DNA of 59,067 bases, filler included, from Dugesia japonica (lineage: Eukaryota): the NCBI GenBank assembly GCA_001938525.1. It is 5 parts of 5 records of this genome, joined end to end, with 100 filler letters (N's around TTAATTAATTAA, not from the genome) between each part and the next. Parts side by side here need not be neighbours in the genome. Positions count along the whole stretch, not along the records: positions 12,057 to 24,594 come from MQRL01647812.1; 4 more parts are not named here. One strand, 5' to 3'. Under the pieces are notes generated by a model. That model was not told the DNA's origin and did no database searches. It saw only the letters and a program-made list of their open reading frames with translations. The position numbers and the translations under genes are program-made. Below, one piece after another: positions 12,057 to 24,594 of the stretch. The stretch's first letter is position 1; each line of letters starts with the position of its first letter.

Positions 12057-13299
12057 GTTTTTTCTGGAATTAATTATCCAGTTTATTTTAACATTCATTG
12101 AAAAGATATAGTTGGGTTCTGTCCCAACATATATATAAATATATATGTATATATAATTTCATTGAGATTTTTTGTTTTTAATTAGATTATTGTCCAGTTT
12201 TCTGTAAAATTAATTTCTTTGCTTTTTATTAATAATATTTATTTGGTTATTAATCATTAATTTTTCTCTTGAATTGTTTTTATTTATGGCGAATATTTTC
12301 TTTATTGTTCATTACGATTTGGTGAGTTAATCTAACCTTTTTATTTTCTTTAATATGACAAATTCGTTTTAATTTTATTATAATTGTATTTTAGAATTAG
12401 TATTATTAATTATAGATAAGGAACAATGTAGCAATTATAAACCGTTACATCAATGAGGAATATTTTTTTTGATATTAAGAATAAAAAAAAATTATTGCTA
12501 CAAATTAAAAAATTCACTAAATTCATTATGAAATAAAATAGAATGTTAAGTATTTGGCAAGACAAGCTTAAAACAAAATATATCGTGATAATATTTAGTA
12601 AAATATTCACTTTTTTTATTGTTAGGAATTTATAAATAATAAAAGTAATTCGAAAAAAAATTGTCCGTCCATAACCAAGATTTTTTTGTAAAAGGTTTTT
12701 TAATGAAAATACTCAATTTATAATTTTTAGTTGTATTTATTTTGACAAAAAATTCCAATAAAATAGTCTGAAAGCAAATTCACTAAAAAATATATATTAA
12801 GAAAATATTTTTTTTTATTTTAAATTCTGATTAATTTTCAATTTTTCAAAAAAAAACAATTCTGACAATAAAGTTATGGTGCCAAAGGCAAAATTTTTAA
12901 TTTGAAAATAATAACTTCAAAATTTAATGAGATTTTTGTTTGAAAAATTCTATTTCTAATATGATTAATTTTTCGAATAAATGGAGATAATAGATTTGAA
13001 TTGTGATAAAATATTAATATTCGAATTAATTTCAATTGAAAATAACTTTTTTACTATTAGTAAAATTTTTCTAAGATAATTTTTAATAAATCTATTATTT
13101 CTTTGTAATTTGATTAAGTATCATTTTAATTTTATAAAAAAACAAGTACTCATTAATATTTGACATTTATTGAAATCGTAGACAAATATGTATATATTTN
13201 NNNNNNTGTGTGTGTGTGATAGAAAATTACCATAAGATTTTTATTCTCAAAAAATATAATTTTTTTTATTGGGATTATTGATGTAACGAGTTTTGGAAT

Positions 13300-15200
13300 A
13301 TCTAGTATTTCTTGATGCTTCTACTGCAAAGTATCTGAAGATGGGACCGACTGCCTCGAAATGGACTCTTAACAATTTCTTTACGATCATAAAAATCAAA
13401 ATTCTTAAAAATACTCAGTCCCATAATTTTTTATCATAATAATTTATCAGTTAAAAAATTTTTAAATTACTTTTGAGTTGAACTCTTCGCCATTGTCTTT
13501 CTATTTTTTCATTTGTTAGATAATTATGTTTACTCGCAAAACATAATCAGATATCTAATTTCTTTGTGAATCATCCCGTCACTTTTAATTTGAACGTCTT
13601 CTGACAATATATTTACATTTCTTCTAGACAGCAAAATCTCAAAATCCATTTTTCGAAAATTGTTTTCTTTATTGTTTCATCTACTTGTCTTGTTATACCA
13701 GCTAATATCTGATACTTACTATTATGATTTACCATGCATTGTATGTACATTTTTCGTCTTTTTGTTTCTAGTATAGATCCACATACGCTCACAAATAATA
13801 ATAAATTCAAAAATGTTGTCGCTATTATTTTGTTTAAGGGATCTTTTGTCGTTGTTTTTGCAGTTTTAGTATCTTGATTTCCCCAAACTATATACAGAAA
13901 TTGACTCAACAGATTTTCTCCTATATATTTGTCTTTTATAATCGGGTATTTTCCCGACTTCAGCATGACACAATAATCTGTGTATTTCCCAAATTGTCTC
14001 TTGCATCTTTGTCTATTCTTCTTCTAAGTTTCCTTGACGTTCATTGCATCTTTTTCTCTTTTGTTCTTCCTATTATTTTTCTTATCTTAGCCATTTTTGT
14101 TAGTTGTCCAGCACTGAACGCAAGTCGCTCATATAGCTCTAGATATCCTTTTGTATTTTTATGATCAAAGTCTTACATGCATTTCACTGAAATATCCAAA
14201 CTATTTAAATAATTGATATAGGTTTGAAATTGTGATGTGATTACCTTTTTGGTTGTCATCAGAAACTTGATTGCTTTGTGGTCTGTTCTGAATATGAATC
14301 TTCTCTCATATCGATCGTGCTTAAAATGCATTCAGAAATAGTATGCCATCAATGGCTAGTTTTTTGTAATAGAATAGCGTTTGTGCGGCTCGTCATTTAG
14401 TGCGATTCATTTGCTATAACTCTTTTCTTTTTATCTTTATCTCTTCGTGATAGTATTGATCCGATGATATTAAAACTAGCAATTGTTTCTAAAATGAACT
14501 TCTTTTTCATATCCGGAAAAAATAGAACAAGTGGCATAATGAATGCTATCTTAAATCTCCGAAGCGTTTCTTCCGCCCATTCTAATCTTTTATTACTAGG
14601 AAAACTAAATAATTTTTCAAAAGTTATGACTTTATTACTATATTCGCTGATGAAACCTTTGTCTTAATTACAAATTTCAGTAACACTTCAAAGGTGTTAT
14701 TTTGCTTTCTAAAATTTTGTATGACCTCAAGTTTAGAAGGATCAGAAAATGCTTGTTCTTTGATGATTTTTATCATAAGAACTTGATTTTTTCTGTTATG
14801 GTTGATAATTTTCTAGATTAATCTTTTGTCCTGTTTCTCCGACCTTTTTTAACACCATCAATTATTGCATAGTGTTGATCATATTTGCTCGAATAAATCA
14901 AATTGTCATTCAAATACATACTTGTCGCCTTTATTTTACCGATTAAGTTTGTTATAATTTTGTGGAATGCACTTGGTACTGAAGCAATTTGAACAGAATT
15001 GCTTGATTTTTTGTTGAGAAACTCGTTTCTCAAGCTATTCGTCTCTTAGTTCTACATGGTTATGCAAATAACTAGATTTTTTGAACTCAAAAACAAATTT
15101 TTTAACAAATTTTACATCTCGTTTATGCTTGGCATTGGAAATGCTTCTTTTTTTAGGGCGTTTAATCATTTTAAATCTGTTGAGTTTCTAGGATCTTGAT
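13300..15200 (-). mobile_element. Highly decayed Gypsy pol (RT-RNase H-integrase)
   Basis: AFPMPS (~15130), IASVPSAFHK, KKFILETIASFNIIGSILSR, FRTDHKAI, and integrase-like KYQILAGITRQVDETIKKTIFEKWI. Confidence 0.65.
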
Positions 15201-17517
15201 GTTAGAAAATTACGTTTCTCTTTTACTTATTCATTTTCAATTCTAATAGTCAAATTTCGTATCTAGGGGCATACCTAGAAACCTCAACCTTTTATGGTAC
15301 CTCTGTACCATGCCCCTTTACTCCACGGATTCAGCGGAACTTTGTGGTATCGCGTCTTAACTCTGATGTTATAAAATACTTGGACCTTTCTGCTCAGTAT
15401 TCATTCTCAACCACTACTAATGGCAGTAATAAAAGATTGTCCATACATAACCAAAACAAATTAATTAATCTATAAAATGGCTAACATTTAATAATCTATT
15501 TACACAGTCCATACCCCATGCGTTTCAGTCTTCAACTTCACCCGTTTTGCTATCCAAATCCACTGTGCTTTCTTTGACTGTATCTTCTTTATGTAGTTGG
15601 TAGTCTAATTACAATGTTCTTAGAGTATTGAACATTGTAGCTTCTCTATCTGAGTATATTTTGATTACCTCCGCCTTTAATCGGTTGGCTTGCTTGAGGG
15701 CGTGCTCTTTGTTTTTTAGTTGAGAATTTTAACCTTTTGTTGTTGTATTAATTCCTTTCAGTCTCAATATTTTGTTTCACAACTATCTCTTCTCATTTTT
15801 TCATCTCTTTTGTAGGGTCATGACATCTTTTATTGTTATTTATCCTTCCTGCAATTTATTCACTAAAATTAACAAACCTAAATTAATTGAGATTAAGAAA
15901 AAGAATTATTTTTCTTTAAAGTTTATCAATTAGGGCTTGTTGTACCCCGCAAAAGTAAAACCGTACAACTAATAAAATAAAATTTTATTTGACAAGAAAT
16001 TTTCTCTGCGTTGCCTCTGCAACGTATAGTAATATGCTCAATGCTAAAATCGTGACGTACATTTCACAAATTTTTTATCAAAAAAATACAACTACTAAAC
16101 GATGCATTAATTTACTCTAAATTCAAATCAATCGGAATAATAGGATTGCTCAAATCTAATATTTCCCGAAATATTTTTTGCTCCTCTTCCTTCTGCTGTT
16201 CTTCCTCTAGTTCATCCTTTAAGATCTGGGCATTTTGAATTTGTAGTGAATTCGATGATTTCGCTTTGTCTTAAATATTTTATTACTGCTCAGAGGCCTG
16301 ATTTATATAGTTGCGTTGATTTGTGACCACCTGTATAATGCCTTCCTTTATAACTAACTGAAGTCGGGTGGACTCCAGTTTCGCCTTCAACTCTAGTATT
16401 TCCGACTCAGGACGTTCTTTCTCCTTCGCGATCATATTACGGACTTCGGCTTATTCAATGTAATAGTTGCCGAACTCGTTATGCTACAGTTATGCTACTG
16501 CTAACTTTGATAGATTGATTACATAAAATAAATGCAATAGTTGAGAATTTATCTGAATATGTTTGATTTGAAAATATTCAAATCCATATGATCAAATAAA
16601 GTGGTTAAGTAGTAAGATAAATTCAAGTTATTAAACAGTTTGGTACCTAGGTCATGAAAGATGTTACTAATATAATTTAATCTCAGCGTTATTCAATAAA
16701 ATTTGTCAAATGAATAAATTTACAATAATTAATTTAGATAATTAAAAATATTGAATGAATAAAATCAAATAATATAAATGAAAATTGAAATAAATAAGAT
16801 TATGTAAATTTGCCTTAACTGATAGAAATTAAAGGTGGATTTCGATGTATTTCATATAATGAATTATTTGCATAGTTGGATGCTCTTGTAGTTGGAGTAT
16901 TATTGTTTATTTGTAACAGGGTAATTATTTTGATCGTTTTAATGTGATAACAATGATATTGTTGTGTTACCTCTACGTATATATATTTGATAATTGAATG
17001 CATATTAATGTAACTATCATCAAAACGAAACTTTCGTAGAACATAAAGGTACAAATAAACTATTTGATAAATGTTGAATAAAAATGTTTACTTTAATGCA
17101 TAAATGTCTTAATGGTTCATAAAAGTTACGAAATGTATTTTAGGAAAAACATTTTAAATGTAATCAAATAGAAAAAATTGACTAAGTAAATAAGTAACCA
17201 TATAAATTTAAATAAATACAAATAAATTTCAATACTTATAAATGTTTTTAATAATTACTAATAAAATTTTTAAACTTAAATTAATAATTCTTGTATAATA
17301 CTACGTAATGTTAATTACTTCTAAAAAATAAAATTGTAAAGTGATTAAAATTTGTGTTTATTTGTATCAAAAACTGAATTCGAATCTAGTGTAAATAAGT
17401 AAGCTTTTAAATTAGATTATTTTTTCAAATTTCAGTAAATTATGCTTTTTTCAGATTTTCCTTAATTTTGTGGAATAATAATAATTTCTTTTGATTTCAT
17501 AAAATTTTCTACGCAAT

Positions 17518-17767
17518 ATGTTGTCAGAACAAAGTGAAGAAGAAATATTCTCTAATAGAAATAGGGCAACTGACTTAGAACGAATTAAGCAAGCTAGAAA
17601 GAAACGTGTGACACAATTAAAACAGTGGTACCAATATGATAAAATGATGGAAAAACAAAAATTAAGAACTGGAAAGCAAGTTAAATCTAATCTTTTTACG
17701 AAAAAAGTGACTTTTCCACAAAGTATGGTTTTACTTGAAGCAGCTGGTAGAGAGGATAGCGAAGAAG
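17518..17767 (+). CDS. PPP1R16A: First coding exon of a protein phosphatase 1 regulatory subunit 16-like (MYPT3/TIMAP) ankyrin protein
   Basis: MLSEQ...ERIKQARKKRVTQLKQW...KKVTFPQSMVLLEAAGREDSEE then donor G|GTAATT at 17768. Matches the family N-terminus (ERLK.A.KRR..Q...W; RVxF motif KVTF; LLEAA.R.D.EE). A vs B paralog cannot be resolved. No downstream exon recognised. Confidence 0.8.
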
Positions 17768-18002
17768 GTAATTTTAAATTTCAAACTGTTATTTTAATCA
17801 GTGTTTCAAATCTTTGATGTCACTTTGACACAATCCTCGAGTCATTGGTTTTATTGAAATATTTCACAATAAGAATTTTAAATGAAATCTTATTTAAAAC
17901 ATTCAAATTTTTTAAATTGTATAAATAATTAAAATTAAATATGAATTGATAAAAAAAACTTAATAAATTGAAAGAAATTTAAGAAAAATGTTTGAATAAA
18001 TA

Positions 18003-18573
18003 ACATGTTTGTTATTTCACCCCCAAATTTTTTTAATTAAAAAAAGATTTATAACTTTAATATATTGATTTTTATTGATTGCAAATAGTTAACATGATAA
18101 TAATTCAAATATTCTAATTCTTTGAATCTTCTAAAATTTTCAGAACTAGTTAATGACAAACAATCAAGTGTTGCATTTCTCCAACAACGTGGAATTTCGC
18201 ACAATTCCAGAATTTGTTATAATTAACATCCGATGTTAGTGTGTTTGGGGGAAATTCAAGAACGTTTGGATCTGTAGACAACGTGAGTGTTGAAAAGGTT
18301 TTTCTTACACTCAAAATATTGAGAGGGTGTGGAAATCTGCGAAAGAGCGTAGCGAAAAACATAATGGAAAACACAGAAGCATGATTGATTCTTATAGGTG
18401 CGAATTTATGTGCTGAAAGAGAAAGAATAAATGAAACGGATATACTTTACATTATACTACGTGATCTATACTGGTTATCACAATGAAATAAATGAAAAAA
18501 TAGCACTTTATTAATTTTCTTTTAAAGAATATTACGTTTTTAATTAAAAAGGGTGAAATAATAAACAAGTACC
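18003..18573 (+). mobile_element. Internally deleted Merlin (IS1016-like) DNA transposon
   Basis: TIRs ACATGTTTGTTATTTCACCC / GGGTGAAATAATAAACAAGTACC; peptides VAFLQQRGISHNSRIC...WICRQREC and MIDSYRCEFM. Confidence 0.65.
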
Positions 18574-19018
18574 GAAAATCGTCACTTATAAAATAACATG
18601 CACCATATGTAAAGAAATATTTGTAGGTGGAATATTCAGAACAATTTTAACTAGAATTAAGAAACATCTCAAACAAAAAGAAAGTGAAGTCTTCAAACAC
18701 TTTCAACGCAAACATAAAATTTCACTAGAACAACATCATATAACATGGGAAGCACTAGAAACAGGCTAAATTTCCACACTTCACAGGAAGAAACATGAAA
18801 TTTATCAATTAAAACAGATAAACCTAAAATTAATGTAATTTACNNNNNNNNNNNNNNNNNNNNNNNNNNNNNNNNNNNNNNNNNNNNNNNNNNNNNNNNN
18901 NNNNNNNNNNNNNNNNNNNNNNNNNNNNNNNNNNNNNNNNNNNNNNNNNNNNNNNNNNNNNNNNNNNNNNNNNNNNNNNNNNATCAAAATTTTTGTTTTT
19001 TTTATTGATATTGGATAA

Positions 19019-19055
19019 CAATTCGATATTTCGACCTTGTCTTCGTCAGGAATTG
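19019..19055 (-). ncRNA. Minimal type I hammerhead ribozyme, exact inverted copy of 19079-19115
   Basis: Exact reverse complement of the 37-nt motif, separated from it by 23 bp. Confidence 0.85.
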
Positions 19056-19078
19056 ATTTTTTTGAGTTATCTAAAAGT

Positions 19079-19115
19079 CAATTCCTGACGAAGACAAGGT
19101 CGAAATATCGAATTG
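19079..19115 (+). ncRNA. Minimal type I hammerhead ribozyme (Penelope-type), family A
   Basis: CAATTC-CTGACGA-A-GAC(AAG)GTC-GAAA-TATC-GAATTG. Stem I CAATTC/GAATTG is perfect, core CUGANGA and GAAA are intact, stem II is 3 bp, and palindromic ATAT replaces stem III. Predicted cut after AUC (C19109). Confidence 0.85.
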
Positions 19116-20329
19116 TTATCTAATATCCGTAAAAAACCAAAATTTTGATCAAAGCTTTTTTATTAAAAAAATTCAATAAATAAAATAAATTCTAAAAACA
19201 TTTCTAATTCAATAAATAAATCTTGAATAAATCAGAAAGTTAATTCCTGAAGCAGACAAAAATTAAAAATTTGAAATATTAACAACTAAAAAAATATTTT
19301 AAAAAAACAACATTTTGATCGAAACTTTTAGTTTAATAAAGTAAATTAAATTTTTTAATATTATCAATTTCTTAATTTATGAATTTTTCTTATTGCATAT
19401 ATTTCTATCATATCAAATGCATTTGGGACCACAAAAGTTTTCTCGTGGTTTTTGTAATTGGATATCCAAAAGTGCTTGCGTTTTGAATATTATTCTTGGA
19501 TTATGCTTGAGTTTAAACTTCTTTATTATATTTTGAATGATTTGACTGTATTTCTCATTTAAAAAGGTATTTTGAAAAGGTTTTGAGTTTACATCGAATG
19601 ATCGTCATTTTGAAAATTTTCTTTATTTAATAATTATAATAAAATTTCATGTTATTTATTTCTTTTATTTCAAAAGTATTTCTTTAAAAAAGAATCCACC
19701 TAGTTAGCAGATGGATAGATGATGTCTATTTAAAGATCTTTTTCAAAATTTTCAGTTTCATGCAAGTCATTCTAATTAAATGTAATTGTATTGACGAGTC
19801 TGAGCTCAAATTATTTCATTATATGAGCTATTCATAATATACTATTGTTTTCAAAAGTAAAATGACTTTTTAATAATTTAATCGCCTTCAAATTAATTGC
19901 CTTCTTTTGCAACACACATTTGCCAACGTTGGATTTAATCCTCAAAACACTTTTTTGTATTAAAAATTTTTATTTCCATCAATTTCCTTCGATTTTTGTT
20001 TTATTGATTCCTCTGACTTAAATTGAGTTTTTTGAAGTGTCAACATATTCTGGAGAATACGATGCTTGCTGAGCAATATTTCTAGAATGTTTGGTAATAA
20101 ACTCATGCATCATGAAAATTTTGCCCATAAATCTAGTCTTTCTTGACGAATTTATTCGTTCAAACGATTCATAACTTGTAAGTAATACTAACTGTTTTAC
20201 ATTGTTACAAAAATTAATGATGCACCACGCCTCAATAATTCAAAAAGCAAGGAGCAAGATCCTTGTTTTAAATTGTGTTTGACAAAAAATTTCGTATTTG
20301 GTTCATATGCAGTGCGCCATTAACTTTCT

Positions 20330-20760
20330 TGTTTTATTAACATATCAAATTAGTAAGCTCAAGTCTCGTCTCCAATAATAATAATACGTTTGGATAAATA
20401 TTGGATCATTATTCAATCGTTCAAGCATATCTTTAGAAATATCAACACAATGTTTTTGCAAAAAATAATGATTTTGGAATACGTTTTTCTGCCATGTATT
20501 CTAAACCTAAAGCATCTGTTAAAATTACGTCTATGAAACCCAATGATGTGCAAAAATCTTCAACAAGCTCTCTCACAATGAAATGAGGATTTGCCATTAC
20601 TTTTTTTAAAATTTCTTTGATATTTTCTTTAATGTCAATGGATGACCAGAACGATGTTCATCTTCTATTGATCCATGACGTACTCTGATAAACTTATGAC
20701 ACTTAAATACAGTTTTTTCCCCAACATTAATGTTATTTATATAAATTTATTTATTTTGTT
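20330..20760 (-). mobile_element. mariner transposase 5' fragment
   Basis: SIEDEHRSGHP, VRELVED, RIIIIGDET*. Confidence 0.7.
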
Positions 20761-21414
20761 ATTTATTTAAATGCTAATTTTTTTTTGAATGTATATCCTA
20801 TTTTAAGAATTGAATAAGGTGCGTATAAACAAAAACACGAATATATATATATATAAGATAGACATATCAAATTGAAATTAATAGCAAATACAACCAAGGA
20901 TTGGACCAACATACAAGAAGAGTTTTTATGACTATAAGTTTTGAGCGAGTTTAAAATTACAAAGTCACATTAGTTTTTGAACATAGTAACCTAATCTTAA
21001 TCAATGAATTTGGAAATAAACTTTGAAATCATCAAAAGGAGGCTAAGTATTGTGATTTTTATTCAAAGAAATAAGTAATCCTTTCTTTCTCCTGGATATC
21101 TTTTAGCATGACTTCTGTTTCGCTTACCGCTTTAAGTACTCCATCTTTTGTTTTCTTACATTTAACTTTTATAATTTTACTTATAATAGAATCTCTTGAT
21201 AATTCTAAAAATTCAATTGTTTTAAATTTTGGAATATAGTTGTGCTTCGGTATATGAGTGTAGTTGAATAATCTCGAATTGAACCTGTTTGAGTGGCAAC
21301 TAGAAATGTATTCAATACTTCTCAGACTGCAGTCTTTTGACAGATCAGGATCATGTAAAAAAAGTCAACAATTTCATTTTATAAAAAAATAAAAGAACGC
21401 CATTTAATAAAATA

Positions 21415-21462
21415 TTTATTTGCAATTAATTTCGACGGAAAAACCGTCATCAGGCAATTAAA
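21415..21462 (-). ncRNA. Minimal hammerhead-like motif, family B
   Basis: Minus strand TTTAATTGC-CTGATGACGGTTTTTCCGTC-GAAA-TTAATT-GCAAATAAA. Stem I pairs 8/9; the GACGG/CCGTC hairpin overlaps the core (probable small deletion); stem III is palindromic ATTAAT. Confidence 0.65.
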
Positions 21463-22205
21463 GATTATTAAAGTTTAAATGATTATGAAATTCCAATTAT
21501 GTAATCTCAATAAATTATCAATAAACTAATATTAAGAGCGATATTAAATCCGTCAACTGAACACCGCACAAGGTCTTAAAATTAGAAAACCTTATTGAAT
21601 TTATACATTTTCTTTGATGCTCAACAATATTGCTTTTTTTACTATGCTCTTTTACTCTGGTACATAGATGACGAGAAGTCTCTTCAATGTATGTGGCGTT
21701 GCATATATTACATTTAAATTAATAGTCCAGATCACAGCTTTATTTTGAAGGCTTTTAAAACTTTTTACTTTCATTGAAAATGCTCTTGAAAAAAAGTATA
21801 TTTTAAATATAAAAGTTGTATTTCAATCTCACAAGGTTATAAATATGTTCAATGATAAATCTATAACCAATTTTGGGTTGTGCTTTGATCTGGTCTATTA
21901 ATTTAAATGAAATGTATGTAACACCACTTACATTTTAGAGACTTTCTTTTCTATGCACTAGAGTACAAGAGCATAGTCGAAATAGTGGAAATATTATAAT
22001 TATATATATATATATATATAATATAATTCAATAGGGTTTTCTGATTTTCAGATCTTGGACAGGAATTTAATAATTATTGAGAGAGTAGTTCACAGATTTA
22101 TTTATTGATTATTTATTACCTGACCATTTAAACTTTATAAAGTTTGTTTTAATGAAGTTTAAAGTTTGTTTTAATAATATTTTAAATTAATTTGTTTTAA
22201 TAATC

Positions 22206-22256
22206 TTTAATTGCCTGACGATGAAGATTATTCCGTCGAAATTAATTGCAAGTAAA
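22206..22256 (+). ncRNA. Minimal hammerhead-like motif, family B (degenerate stem II)
   Basis: TTTAATTGC-CTGACGA-TGAAGATTATTCCGTC-GAAA-TTAATT-GCAAGTAAA; inverted homolog of 21415-21462. Confidence 0.6.
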
Positions 22257-22914
22257 TGTTTTATGAAAAGACGTTCTTTTATTTTTTATGAAAAAGTTGC
22301 CAATGTTGTTTGAATTTCATTTTAAATATTATTATCAAAAACTCAAAATAATAAACAATAACGTAACTTATAATTTTGAATTTCTATTAATGCGTTTCAA
22401 AAATATAAATTTTTTTGCAAATCAATCATTTTATTTAATGTATTTTTAGTCCATATCTAAAGTAACTTACAAATCAGTTAACCAATTTGTACCATAGATG
22501 ATTTCCAATTGCTTTCATTCTGACCTTTAAAATATAAATGTTAATGATAAATCGCTTATAAAACAAACAATTTGCACATAAAAAACTACATTTAATGATG
22601 CAATTACAATTGATTAATTTCATTTTTACAAGTTGTTATATTAGATCCCGTTATTTCTACAACCTATACTCATAATCTTTTGATAATGTAGGTGATCCCA
22701 TTAACCATTTAATTTCATGTAAATTATAATAAATTTTATTATCTTAATGAAAAAATTTGAAAACTATTTTAAATTATATTTGATATTGTTTTAAAGATCC
22801 TATTTGAGCTGCAAAATTATTTTGTTATTTCTAAAATCCTATTTTCGAATCGTGAGTTTTTCCATTACTTTGTGATGATTAAAATTTTAACAACTTAGAG
22901 ATGACTGTATATAT

Positions 22915-23222
22915 CAGGTTGCACAACATACGACCTAAAACTATATTAGATGAGGTCCCCGATTTAAGTCCATGAAAATTCCAAAATGTATTTTTTGAAA
23001 CATAATTCTATACAACCAATATTTCACGGATTCACAACGATTTCTTCCAAAATACTAGCTGCAAAATGACAATTTAACAGTGCTATATAAATATTTTCGA
23101 AGTTATATAAAATAGTATAGTACTTATAATAGCCTTTGGCCCGAAAATTTTGCATGCATAGCTCGCAACATAGATTTAAACTGGTGATGCGGCTCGTCTA
23201 GGGAAAAGCTTGTGCACCACTG
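22915..23222. mobile_element. hAT-type MITE with 8-bp TSD
   Basis: CAGGTTGCACAA ... TTGTGCACCACTG flanked by GTATATAT at 22907-22914 and 23223-23230. Confidence 0.8.
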
Positions 23223-23696
23223 GTATATATGTCTGTTAAATTTAGATATTAAAGAAATGAGGAACTTTGAGGAATCTATTATGCTTGTATTCCTTAGCAA
23301 ACTGTGTTTACATAATCAAACTTCTATACTTCTAGACTTATATCATTCTATTAATTAAAAGAAGACAAATTTATGTATGTATAATAAGACATCGAAGAAA
23401 TAAAAACATTACAAGTAAGTTGGTAACTATTATCAAGTGATTCTTTATAAATAACTGTATTTCGGATCTAGATTGTTTGAATTCGGCATTTAATTACATA
23501 TTCTCATGAAATTGCAAAGATATATATCTAATTTGGTTCGACTATTCAAAATAATTATCATTTAATCACAAAAGGTTATTACGTTTAGTGCATTCAGTTT
23601 TATTTTTCTTCNNNNNNNNNNNNNNNNNNNNNNNNNNNNNNNNNNNNNNNNNNNNNNNNNNNNNNNNNNNNNNNNNNNNNNNNNNNNNNNNNNNNN

Positions 23697-23764
<68 letters not shown>

Positions 23765-24532
23765 CATTCATAATTAAAATAATTAGAATCTTTCTATTGA
23801 ATTAATTGAACAAATTAACTTGATAATTTTCACACAATTTTCTTTTAATTGAAAATTCGGTTTATCGAAATAAAGAAAACATCATTCTTCTATTCATTTA
23901 AACAATTTTCTCTTTTAATTATAAAAGTTAATAAGAATTAGACCGGAATTTATTTTGTTATAATTTTTTTTGTTGAATTACTCATTTTCTACTTTTAATT
24001 GAACGATATTTCAATTGTATTTTCAAATTAAATGACGAAAATTAGTTGTAATTTGTATTTTCATGGAAATATCTTATATATAGGACTATTTAAATATACA
24101 ATAATTTATTGTTTTTCTATTTTGAAAGATCAGCAGTTATAATCAGACAAGTTGTAAAAATGTCTATATTATTTAAACACATATTCAAACATCATAATAG
24201 CTACATTAATAAAAATTTTAAAAACTCGGTTTTTATTTTTTAAAAAATTAGTATTAAATTATTTGAATTTCATAATCCGAACATTAATGTACAGACAGAT
24301 CTTTTAACTCAATAATTAACAATTTTTTTTATTTTTTAAATTCTAAAGCTTTTTAGGTATTAGGTTTTTTAGGTTATATGAACCTAAAAATCTAATAAAT
24401 TTTATATTTTTTTATTCTAAGTTTTGTGTGGTTTTCAACTTAGGTTTTAATTTTATAATGAAGATAATTTAATATTAGGTTTTAAAAATATTAGGTAAAA
24501 GGAGACTTTAAAATTTAAAGATGTAGGTATTA

Positions 24533-24594
<62 letters not shown>

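Larger units (their letters stand above)
18575..19340 (+). mobile_element. Penelope-like element 3' end: GIY-YIG fragment followed by inverted and tandem hammerhead-bearing terminal repeats
   Basis: 18575-18843 VTYKITCTICKEIFVG...TRIKKHLKQKESEVFKHF is homologous to 2200-2470. Repeats at 18983-19062(-), 19073-19167(+) and 19238-19340(+, decayed). Confidence 0.8.
21380..22300 (-). mobile_element. Second Penelope-like family: GIY-YIG fragment between inverted hammerhead-bearing repeats
   Basis: 21720->21600 gives KCNICNATYIEETSRHLCTRVKEHSKKSNIVEH. 21380-21485 and ~22190-22295 are inverted homologs. Confidence 0.7.

Noticed and set aside
19400-20300. Possible hAT/SPIN-like transposase remnant
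   Set aside because: Coding-like but no diagnostic motif could be read with confidence.
23588-23773. Poly-Ile and poly-X ORFs (also 44810-45004, 7874-8222, 18805-19021, 39562-39840)
   Set aside because: Products of (ATT)n repeats and N gaps.
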